In this document: in pieces, positions 44,117 to 52,175 of the stretch
Position numbering within the stretch: position 1 is the stretch's first letter
Layout of the letters: each line of letters opens with the position of its first letter
Virus record (IMG/VR): IMGVR_UViG_3300011994_000001
Span: 1 to 53,011 of that record
Direction: 5' to 3' (one strand)
DNA from: a virus
Taxonomy: Duplodnaviria; Caudoviricetes
Length of the DNA: 53,011 bases
Translations under genes and position numbers: made by a program
The notes under the pieces: generated by a model
Told to the model about the DNA's origin: nothing
Seen by the model: only the letters and a program-made list of their open reading frames with translations
Databases searched by the model: none

Positions 44117-44393
44117 GAACGATCATCTGGCGATAGTCAATAGGCTGAGACGGAATATCATCGTACATTCGGTTATCTATTATGTATTCAACAGGAATTT
44201 AATCTCAGATTCTGACTACGATAAGATGTGCCAGAAGTTAGCTAGGATTCATAAAAAGTACCCGAAGTTATGTTCTCAAGCGGTATTCCCAAAAGCCTTT
44301 AAAAACTATGATCCTAGTACGGGAATGAACTTTATCAACCATAAGTGGGGGAACAGGGCTGCCGAGCGGTTACTGAAATCCCATAATAAGTGA
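44103..44393 (+). CDS. Stand-alone NAD-ligase N-terminal (Ia)-like domain protein
   Basis: HS..YY......ISD.DYD...KL motif of LigA domain Ia. Confidence 0.7.
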   Translation: MTWDKNDHLAIVNRLRRNIIVHSVIYYVFNRNLISDSDYDKMCQKLARIHKKYPKLCSQAVFPKAFKNYDPSTGMNFINHKWGNRAAERLLKSHNK

Positions 44394-44395
44394 AA

Positions 44396-44440
44396 GAAAA
44401 ATAACCCCGCCTTTACAGCGGGGTATCTTTCTGCCCTTTT
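44396..44440. terminator. Bidirectional terminator between the converging arms
   Basis: ACCCCGC-CTTTACA-GCGGGGT flanked by A- and T-rich tracts. Confidence 0.75.
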
Positions 44441-44445
44441 ATATC

Positions 44446-44901
44446 CTATACGGGAATAGGGGCGGGAGTGTCCTCTGAAGCGTTTGAAGGTACATTTGAA
44501 GCGGGTGCGGTGACTTCGGGGGTAACTATAGGGGTAGGGATCACCGCAGGGCTTATAGGGGCGAAAACTACAGTATTCATTTTAGATAGCGAGTCGTTAA
44601 GGATAACTTTAACCCCTGCCATAATATCGTCAACGGGAATAGGAGTTTTGAACTTGACCAATTCGGTCTGTAAGAGGTTTGAAACTGCGTCGGTTACGTC
44701 TCCTACAGGGAGCACCGTGGAAGGTTGCTGTTTGGCGTCTACATAGCCCTGACCTAGGATATACGATGCCGATAACCCGAGGAGATACAAGAGAGACTGT
44801 TCAGGGAGCTTTAAGTCAAACAACGAGTTAGCTACCACTACCAGGAACGAAACAACGAACGCCCAAAGTTTACGGGATTTGAGTCTTGGTGAGATTGTCA
44901 T
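44446..44901 (-). CDS. Holin
   Basis: RLKSRKLW, two TM helices, YILGQG.VDAK; next to the endolysin. Confidence 0.8.
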   Translation of the reverse strand: MTISPRLKSRKLWAFVVSFLVVVANSLFDLKLPEQSLLYLLGLSASYILGQGYVDAKQQPSTVLPVGDVTDAVSNLLQTELVKFKTPIPVDDIMAGVKVILNDSLSKMNTVVFAPISPAVIPTPIVTPEVTAPASNVPSNASEDTPAPIPV

Positions 44902-44934
44902 AATTTTATCCTCCTCAAATTTACTTAAATTTAC

Positions 44935-45702
44935 TTAGCAAAGGGGTAAGACCTTACATGCAAAACCGAGTTTGTTAATATCCAGGATAGCTTGGGGGGC
45001 TTTGTCTTTAGTTACCCTTACGCACAGGTAGATATCGTCGGGAGATATCGAGGTCACTCCTGGGGCGATACTAACGATAGACTTGATAGTATCCAACGTA
45101 ACCGCTCCTTTCTCTTTGTATGGTAAGTTGAATATCTGGCATAAACCCTTGGTATGGGCTACAGCTAGGGCTTGACGGAAGTTTGGATCGCGAAGTCGAT
45201 CTGTATCTCCAACGTTGTTGATAAACCCATTTTCGGTTAAAATAGCGGGCATATCTGTTTCGCGAAGAACCTCTACGTTTTGTACTTTTACGCCCCTTGA
45301 GCGCCATCCTCCGACTGCGGAGAGAAGAGGTAACATAATATTAGCGAAGTCTCCTGCGCGACCTCCCGAGCCTTGGATGAGAATCTCTTCGCCCTCACCC
45401 CCCGCTCCAGCGTTGATGTGAACAGACATCATCGCGTCTACTTTGCTGTCGTTAGCTATTCGACAACGCTCTCCAAGTTCTTTATTAAGATCGCCCTCAA
45501 AGTGTCCTGGAGCATAGTCTCCGCTCCTAGTCAGTACAACGTCTATTCCGCAATATTCCGCTAGAGGTTTGATACGTAAGCAGATATCCAGGGTTAGGTC
45601 CTTCTCTTGTAGACCGTTACCGCAAGCTCCTGGGTCGTAACCTCCGTGACCAGGGTCTAAACATAATTTGGGTCTTGATCCGAGATAGATTATAATACCC
45701 AC
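44935..45702 (-). CDS. Endolysin, N-acetylmuramoyl-L-alanine amidase (Amidase_3)
   Basis: LDPGHGG.DPGA..NGL.EKD, SVH.NA, VLR.T.MPAIL.ENGF. Confidence 0.95.
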   Translation of the reverse strand: MGIIIYLGSRPKLCLDPGHGGYDPGACGNGLQEKDLTLDICLRIKPLAEYCGIDVVLTRSGDYAPGHFEGDLNKELGERCRIANDSKVDAMMSVHINAGAGGEGEEILIQGSGGRAGDFANIMLPLLSAVGGWRSRGVKVQNVEVLRETDMPAILTENGFINNVGDTDRLRDPNFRQALAVAHTKGLCQIFNLPYKEKGAVTLDTIKSIVSIAPGVTSISPDDIYLCVRVTKDKAPQAILDINKLGFACKVLPLC

Positions 45703-45715
45703 GGTCTTAATCCTC

Positions 45716-46102
45716 CTATTGTCCTAGTATCTTTGGAGCAAAGGTCTTAACAAGGCTTAATAGGCTACCGAGCACATAAGTTAATCCAAAGCCCCACAAT
45801 AGAACTTTGTAATACTTATAACTTGCCGCACTCTCTCTAACAGGCTTGTCCTTCAATTCTTGGAGAGACTCCATCATACGAATTTGATTTTCTTTCATTT
45901 CCTTCTGATTATCCTTCGTTTCCTGTGCCATATTACTCTGGGATTCTTGGATCTGCCTAATGAAAATTTTTGTCTCGATATGAGAGTCTCTCATGCTTAG
46001 CATATCCTTACTTTGCTCCTTAGCAGTAGCGCGAATGTCTGACATATCCGACTTAATATGGTCGAACTCCAGCTTCATTACGCAAACGTGATCATCAGGC
46101 AT
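45716..46102 (-). CDS. Coiled-coil plus C-terminal TM protein (XhlA/holin-like lysis accessory)
   Basis: ATG 46102 after AGGGGGTG; coiled coil then one TM helix; first gene of the lysis cassette. Confidence 0.6.
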   Translation of the reverse strand: MPDDHVCVMKLEFDHIKSDMSDIRATAKEQSKDMLSMRDSHIETKIFIRQIQESQSNMAQETKDNQKEMKENQIRMMESLQELKDKPVRESAASYKYYKVLLWGFGLTYVLGSLLSLVKTFAPKILGQ

Positions 46103-46131
46103 AAGTATCTTCCACCCCCTTTTGTTCACAC

Positions 46132-46157
46132 AAAAAAGCAGGATTATTTCGCCCGCT
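46132..46157 (-). terminator. Terminator (candidate attenuator) upstream of the lysis cassette
   Basis: Minus strand AGCGGG-CGAAATAAT-CCTGCT then T-run. Confidence 0.6.
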
Positions 46158-46195
46158 CCGCTATGCAAACTATTTAAGAATTCATAGTATCTGCT

Positions 46196-46228
46196 TTATT
46201 GGGTATCGAAAAACCACCACCACCACAT
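46196..46228 (-). CDS. Candidate leader peptide MWWWWFFDTQ
   Basis: Strong RBS GGAGGTGAGG; ATG TGG TGG TGG TGG TTT TTC GAT ACC CAA TAA. Confidence 0.6.
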   Translation of the reverse strand: MWWWWFFDTQ

Positions 46229-46258
46229 AGTCCTCACCTCCTCTCCCCTGAAGGCTAA

Positions 46259-46522
46259 TTAGGAGGTAGTTATCATAGCATCAGGTCTATGTTGAGGGTC
46301 TTCTGGACCTTTAAGGGCTAGAGTATCAGCGTGTTCTTGAGAGGTTATCCAGCCTTTTGTTAATGCATCGTCAATGTCTTCGATGTAATAGTGATCCGCT
46401 CCGCGTTGCATAACAGGCGTTACGTAGTCAGGACGGGTAAGAGCGATATTGGAGAGTGTATTTATTCCTACCATATATACATTCAGAGCATAAGAGTTAA
46501 CTAAAATTTGATTAACGCTCAT
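46259..46522 (-). CDS. Small tail-end protein (XkdX-like position)
   Basis: Synteny between tail fibre and lysis genes; GWIT..E motif. Confidence 0.5.
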   Translation of the reverse strand: MSVNQILVNSYALNVYMVGINTLSNIALTRPDYVTPVMQRGADHYYIEDIDDALTKGWITSQEHADTLALKGPEDPQHRPDAMITTS

Positions 46523-46523
46523 A

Positions 46524-46853
46524 TTAAATTACCCCCGCTTCAATTAGTGCTTCCAGTAAGTCTTGACTAGTTTGACTATTATCTGAGTTTACTCGCTCCG
46601 CTTGAGCTAACCTGTCTTGGAGAGCTTGATTATCAGCTTGTAGAATCTCAAGCGGGGCTGGCTCTGAAACTTGAATCTCTTCGGTATAGACAACGGGAAG
46701 ATCTGCATCTGCATATAGGTGACTAAGTGCTGATGGTATACCTTGCGCTATCTCAGCAACGCCGTTATCATTGGCCATTTGTAAAAAATCCTCTACTTTA
46801 CCGTCGGGAGGAATAATAAGTATCTTTCTCAAGTCGCTACCTCCATTACTCAA
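46524..46853 (-). CDS. Small tail-end protein with C-terminal coiled coil (fibre chaperone-like)
   Basis: Synteny; LE.LQ.DN..LQ.RLAQ. Confidence 0.5.
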   Translation of the reverse strand: MSNGGSDLRKILIIPPDGKVEDFLQMANDNGVAEIAQGIPSALSHLYADADLPVVYTEEIQVSEPAPLEILQADNQALQDRLAQAERVNSDNSQTSQDLLEALIEAGVI

Positions 46854-47700
46854 TTAATAGGTCAGTAACTACGCCGACAGAGCCTGTTACTCCTGTGGCA
46901 TACCCTGTTCCCCCTGTACCAGCATTAACAAGGATGGTTCCTCGGGTAGTTATTAGTCGGTAGGCTAGTAGGATAAAGCCACCACCGCCTCCGCCTCCTC
47001 CTCCACCATATCCCGTGTAACCCGTTCCTCCAGTACCTCCGTTTGCTTTGATAGTTCCGTTATTTACGATGTTCTTAGCAATGATATATAATCTGCCACC
47101 ACCGCCACCGCCTCCACCGCCAGTTCCTCCTGCGCTACCTGGGGTACCGCCAGCACCACCGCCTCCGCCTCCAAAGGTAGAAGTGCATAGTAATTGATAT
47201 AATGCTAGGGATATGTTTAAGGATGTAACGCTAGCAGTTCCTGCTAACCCTATACCAGCGTTACCGTTACCTGGTGCCCCATTACCACCAGCACCGCCTC
47301 CGCCTCCATTAGCCCCAGCGCCCCCACTACCGCTTGCAGGAGAGCTTCCCCCAGTACCTCCGCCAATACCAGCAGCCCCTCCTGCAGCACTGGTGCCAGC
47401 AGGTCCATTGACTCCAGCCTGCCCGCTGTTATCTATGGTTCCGTTGTTTGTTAGGGTATTTTTAACAAATATCTTGTACCCTGCTGTGCTAAGAGTTATA
47501 CCGCTGTTTACTGTTAGGTTGTCGTAGTACATATCCCTCGTTAGAGTTGTGTTACCTGCGATAGTGACCGTTCCGTCACAGCCTGTTCCAAATAGTAATT
47601 TAGTCTGAGCATCCAATACTCCTTGCTCTAGGTTATTTAGATTGGTGGCTGATACAGGAGTTACGTTATCAACCCAAGTAGTTCTTCCATAAATACTCAC
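46846..47700 (-). CDS. Glycine-rich tail fibre/receptor-binding protein
   Basis: TTWVD..TP.SA.NLNNLE.G N-terminus; FG.G.DG; poly-Gly blocks. Confidence 0.75.
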   Translation of the reverse strand: MSIYGRTTWVDNVTPVSATNLNNLEQGVLDAQTKLLFGTGCDGTVTIAGNTTLTRDMYYDNLTVNSGITLSTAGYKIFVKNTLTNNGTIDNSGQAGVNGPAGTSAAGGAAGIGGGTGGSSPASGSGGAGANGGGGGAGGNGAPGNGNAGIGLAGTASVTSLNISLALYQLLCTSTFGGGGGGAGGTPGSAGGTGGGGGGGGGRLYIIAKNIVNNGTIKANGGTGGTGYTGYGGGGGGGGGGFILLAYRLITTRGTILVNAGTGGTGYATGVTGSVGVVTDLLIE

Positions 47701-48032
47701 TGAGTCACCTCCACGGTCCAGATTATAGTTAGACTGTTAGTGTTGTCTTTAACGATAGTTACGGGTTGAGTTGCTATCTCCGTACCCGTACCCAAGGTAG
47801 CTGTAGCCCCGTTACCGTACAAGGAAAGAGTAACCAACGCTCCGTTACCCTCGAAAGTATCAATCCAAAAGGTGAATACCTTCTTTTGAGGAACGCTAGT
47901 GTCTACGCTTGTGGGTATCTTTCGGAACAGCTCCCCTCCTGCGGTCTTCAACGATATTACAGATATAGAATTCATAGTTGACGCTAGTACCGAGTTGAGA
48001 GCTAGTGAGTTACCAGCAGAAGTTATGCTCAT
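47697..48032 (-). CDS. Tail tip/baseplate small protein
   Basis: ELFRK...GNG....L.LYGNGAT...GTG...K....SLTI.W. Confidence 0.6.
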   Translation of the reverse strand: MSITSAGNSLALNSVLASTMNSISVISLKTAGGELFRKIPTSVDTSVPQKKVFTFWIDTFEGNGALVTLSLYGNGATATLGTGTEIATQPVTIVKDNTNSLTIIWTVEVTQ

Positions 48033-49441
48033 ATTAGAACCCCCGTCCCACAGTTAAATGTACCGCATAAACGGTACTGATGTAGAAACCAAGTCAGCCC
48101 GTCGTCAACTACTACAGGACAAACTACAGTGTCGCTATAGGCTAGATAGTTCTCAACAGCTCCGTCCTGATCGTTGAAAGTAAGTTTCTCTAGCTTGGCT
48201 AATCTGCTATTCATATCCATTAGGATACTAACAGCATCACGTTCTTGGCTAACTAGGACCAAAGACCGATCTACCCAGTTTTCCTCGCCCGAGCTATCGC
48301 ACTGTACCGAATATATCTGCATAAAATCGTCAATATTCAAGTCAGGTATCGTAATCTTGATAAGTTCGCCAGGTTTGTAAGTCCCGTGGAAGGGGCTTAT
48401 TTTACCCTTGATTACGGGGTTGGAGTACTGCGCTAGGTACTGTAAACCCTGGTCCCTAGCAAGAATCTTATCGTCAGTTTCTACCTTCAGAACATCCTCA
48501 AATAGCCCGTACTTAGCTTGAGAAACAGTATCCTCCAAGAGTAACTTGATTGGGTATTGGTAGCTGTAAACTATGGTACCGCTCCCTGTAGTAGTCAAGT
48601 CAGGAATAAGAAGTTTCTCAGCGCAGTTTAACAAGAAGTCCTTGGTGCCAGCCTTGTCTATATTCTGAATACCTACTGTTTTGGCTACTCCCCCAATAGT
48701 TACTGTTACGCCCGAACCGTCTGGAGATAATGGGGTATAAAAGAGCGGTATGGGTATTACTCCGCTAACCGTTATGGCTTGAGTAAATGGTAGTGACGTT
48801 GCCTTACCGCCTTTAACCCATAGCTTGTTTACTAGCTTAGTAGCGTCAGGGGTAAAACTAGCAGAACCTATCTTGTAGTTGTTAAGGGCTTGACTTAGAG
48901 TTATTGGATTGACCCTGGTAGCTCCGTCGAAGAAGTTAACATCCAAGTTCTCGTCAATAAACCAGTCGTACTGAGATATTTGACAAAGTTGATCCATAAC
49001 GTCCCAGAGGTATAAATCCCCAAAGCGTATTGTGATAAGTTTAGTACACGATTGTACGTTTACAACAGTAGCCCAAGGAACGTACTTGCTAAATACGTCA
49101 AGAACGATAGAACTAACAGAAGCGTTTGTATAGCTCTCTGTTACGATTATCTTTTGAGTACGAGCAGTATAAGTAGCCCCGCTTAATTCCACGATCTTGC
49201 TTATACCGTTTACACTCTTAGGAGGGCTAATGACCCAACCCCTGAATACGTTACCGTCTTGGTTGACTTGAACGTCTGTACCGACAGGAAATTGATCTAC
49301 CAACGCAGAGTTCTTAGCAGGTACAGAAATAGTAAAAGACCCCGCCCTGTCTGTCTTAGATAGGGTCATAGAGCACGATTCATACGATTTTAGTTGAACT
49401 TGAGCCCCGCCAGGGGGCGTAACTAATATTGTAGTCGTCAT
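48029..49441 (-). CDS. Tail hub/baseplate protein
   Basis: Directly after the tape measure gene; F.G.V, YDWFID, LVNKLWV.GG, S.AKYG..E. Confidence 0.7.
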   Translation of the reverse strand: MTTTILVTPPGGAQVQLKSYESCSMTLSKTDRAGSFTISVPAKNSALVDQFPVGTDVQVNQDGNVFRGWVISPPKSVNGISKIVELSGATYTARTQKIIVTESYTNASVSSIVLDVFSKYVPWATVVNVQSCTKLITIRFGDLYLWDVMDQLCQISQYDWFIDENLDVNFFDGATRVNPITLSQALNNYKIGSASFTPDATKLVNKLWVKGGKATSLPFTQAITVSGVIPIPLFYTPLSPDGSGVTVTIGGVAKTVGIQNIDKAGTKDFLLNCAEKLLIPDLTTTGSGTIVYSYQYPIKLLLEDTVSQAKYGLFEDVLKVETDDKILARDQGLQYLAQYSNPVIKGKISPFHGTYKPGELIKITIPDLNIDDFMQIYSVQCDSSGEENWVDRSLVLVSQERDAVSILMDMNSRLAKLEKLTFNDQDGAVENYLAYSDTVVCPVVVDDGLTWFLHQYRLCGTFNCGTGVLI

Positions 49442-51639
49442 TAGAACGAACCCCCCGTACTTAATCCGAATTTACTTCCCATAGACCTACTCATCATATC
49501 GGAGAACTCTTTCATACCTCCAGAACCTACAAGAGTACCCTTGTTAACCACTGTAACCGAGTATTGATTAGTTACCTTGGAACCTCCTGAAACAGAACCT
49601 CCTGAGGCAATACTTGCTAGTGCGCTACCTGTTAATTTTACTTTGGCGTTAAGATCAGGAGCGGTTATGACGCTAGCCATCAAGTTCTTGAGGTCTGGTA
49701 TCTTAGATTTTATACCGTCTGAGAAACCGTTGATCATACCTGCTCCCCACTCTACGATATGTCTGCCTTCCCCTTCTTCCGAGGGAGATTTGAATCCAAT
49801 CAACTTCGCAGCTGCCTTCATTACCTGACTAACAGCATCTTTTACAGCTCCTATTTTACTCAGAATACCGTCGATGAATCCCTGTATCATATGCTCGCCC
49901 CAGCCTAGGGCGCTATTGATAACATCAGCGAATATAGCAGCGATACTATGGATAATATCTTGGATAATCTTAATAGCTCCTGAAAAAATACGCTTAACCG
50001 CATCGCAAACTTTCTGCCAAGCTTCTCCCCACTTACCGTTGATAACTAGCATGACGGCAGAGATAAGATCAAGAACAACGTGTATAACTGTATCTACTAT
50101 TGTCTTGATTATATCCCACGTGCTCTTTAGAACAGAGGATATAGTAGTCCAGTGATCTTTCCAGAAATCCATAATATACCCGCACACCGTTTGTATTATA
50201 ACAAATACTACTCCAATAATCGTTTCTACAACGGACTTAACCGCGTCAAATACAATTTTGATAGTGTCGCTAATTAAGGGCCAATTTGCCTTCACCCAGG
50301 CTACTATTACACCAAGTTCTTGAGTTATAAAGAGGAGTACGGGCTTGAGTACGGTATCCCAGTAACCTTTTATCGCGTCAAACACCACTTTAAAAGTAGC
50401 TTCGATAGCAGGCCAGTTTGCCTTAACCCAGTCTACTACTTGACCTACGATAACCAAAAGGTCTAAAAAGATAGGCTTGAGAACGCTGTTCCAGAACCCT
50501 TTGATGGCGTTAAACACGGCAAGAAACGTTGCTTGTATAGTGGGCCAGTTAGCTACCACCCAAGCTTGTACGTCTGCCATAATCTGTTGAAGTACTTTCA
50601 TGCTTCCAGCTATAAACCCATCTACAGCGGTCTTCATACCCCCGAAGTTCTTAGCGTAAGCTACCCCGAGGAGAGCTATGATCGCAATAATAGCTGCTAC
50701 GGGAAGAACCATACCCTCAAGCGCAACAGCGGCACCCTTAACAACGGGTCCAAGTACTCCCATAATCTTTTGGACTAAACTAGCTCCCCCTACGAAGGTT
50801 CCAAACCCCGCCGTTAGAGATAAAATAACCGCGGCAAGTTTTGAATTAGTCTTGATAAAGTCTGCTATAGGGTTGATTACCTTTTGGATACCCTCTACCA
50901 TCATCTGAAGATACGGTAAAACTGCGGTACCGATAGAGGTCTTTATACCTCCGAGACTTTTGGTCATCATCTGAATTTGACCGTCATAAGTCTTGGTTGC
51001 CGCAAGAGCCTGACCACCAAACTCGTTATTAAGCTCTCCGAGTATAATCTTTTGCGCTCCTGCTACGTCTCCTGTCTTTACCAGCGACGCAATAACTTCT
51101 TTTTGAGAAGCTGAGAAGGTTACCCCAACTCTTGATAAAGCTCCGACACCCTTAATAGGATCATTGAGAGCCTTTCCCAATTGCATTGCCGCTTGAGTTG
51201 GGTCAGTTCCCATCTTTTGAGATAAATCAAGCATAGCCTGGGTAGCCATAGGAAACACGTCTTTACCAATATTAGTAAAGGTTAGCAACATCGCTTCCCC
51301 AGACTTAATCGCGTTACCTCCTTGAAGAGATACTTTGCTAAACCCTAAGGCCATATCCTCCGCTTGCTTAGCAGTTATTCCAGCTGCACCGCCCGTAGAC
51401 TTGATAGTTGTCTCTAGGTTTGAGTTGGCTTTTTGAGCCTCAGAAGCGTTCTTAATAGCCCCTTCTAAGTACCCCGCTGCCATTACTCCTACCGCTCCAA
51501 ACGACGCTTTGACGTTAGCCAGGGAGCTTCTGACTCCCTCAGTACTAGCAGATACGCTAGTCTGTATTACGTTCATAGCTGTTCTAAAAGGGTTAGTGTC
51601 GGCTGTTATGGGTATTACTAATCCTACATCGTCAGCCAC
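49441..51639 (-). CDS. Tape measure protein
   Basis: A.QLGKALNDP..G..AL.R.G; Trp-periodic helical repeats; SPS.EG. Confidence 0.93.
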   Translation of the reverse strand: MADDVGLVIPITADTNPFRTAMNVIQTSVSASTEGVRSSLANVKASFGAVGVMAAGYLEGAIKNASEAQKANSNLETTIKSTGGAAGITAKQAEDMALGFSKVSLQGGNAIKSGEAMLLTFTNIGKDVFPMATQAMLDLSQKMGTDPTQAAMQLGKALNDPIKGVGALSRVGVTFSASQKEVIASLVKTGDVAGAQKIILGELNNEFGGQALAATKTYDGQIQMMTKSLGGIKTSIGTAVLPYLQMMVEGIQKVINPIADFIKTNSKLAAVILSLTAGFGTFVGGASLVQKIMGVLGPVVKGAAVALEGMVLPVAAIIAIIALLGVAYAKNFGGMKTAVDGFIAGSMKVLQQIMADVQAWVVANWPTIQATFLAVFNAIKGFWNSVLKPIFLDLLVIVGQVVDWVKANWPAIEATFKVVFDAIKGYWDTVLKPVLLFITQELGVIVAWVKANWPLISDTIKIVFDAVKSVVETIIGVVFVIIQTVCGYIMDFWKDHWTTISSVLKSTWDIIKTIVDTVIHVVLDLISAVMLVINGKWGEAWQKVCDAVKRIFSGAIKIIQDIIHSIAAIFADVINSALGWGEHMIQGFIDGILSKIGAVKDAVSQVMKAAAKLIGFKSPSEEGEGRHIVEWGAGMINGFSDGIKSKIPDLKNLMASVITAPDLNAKVKLTGSALASIASGGSVSGGSKVTNQYSVTVVNKGTLVGSGGMKEFSDMMSRSMGSKFGLSTGGSF

Positions 51640-51641
51640 GT

Positions 51642-52126
51642 TTACACCCCCATACTGTCGTACTCTTTGATCTTTTTGAGCTCTTCAGCTTCTTCGCGGT
51701 AGATAAGAATATCAAAATAGTACATAATATCCATCTCATCTATGGACGGCATACTATGACCGTTATCCATCAACCCCGAGTAGACCGAGCACATGAAATC
51801 GTGGGGGGTGAGCTCCTCCCCCGTTACGCGTTTGGGCCAGCTAGTGCCGTCAACTTCGCGTCAAGTTTACCCGTTACTCCTTCAAGGGTAGCTTGGAAAG
51901 TAGAAATAACCGCGTCAGAAGCCGTACCATCCAGAAATTGATCTGCAGTAAACTGTTTACCGTATACCATCGCCACATAATCGGCCATAACGTCAATTAG
52001 TTTACCATCAACGTTTTTCAGTTCTTCCGATGCAGATAGTTCAATCGTGGTCTTTAAAGTACGTCCCGAGATAAACGGAGTTGTAAAAGTTTTAGTTTCT
52101 CCGTCAATAAATAGATCAAGTTTCAT
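51642..52126 (-). CDS. Tail assembly chaperone G (51824..52126) and -1 frameshift product GT (to 51642)
   Basis: Slippery C-CCA-AAC at 51830-51836; the -1 frame is open for 62 codons (EELTPHDF...IDEMDIMYY) up to the tape measure start. Confidence 0.85.
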
Positions 52127-52149
52127 AATGCAACCTCCTCAGATTTTAA

Positions 52150-52171
52150 ACAGGGGGCGTGAGCCCCCTTT
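52150..52171 (-). terminator. Hairpin after the major tail gene
   Basis: AGGGGGC-TCAC-GCCCCCT then GTTT on the minus strand. Confidence 0.55.
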
Positions 52172-52175
52172 ACGC

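Noticed and set aside
47213-47527. Pro-rich plus-strand ORF
   Set aside because: Antisense shadow of the polyglycine fibre gene.
46846-47700. Diversity-generating retroelement target
   Set aside because: No reverse transcriptase and no template/variable repeat pair seen.
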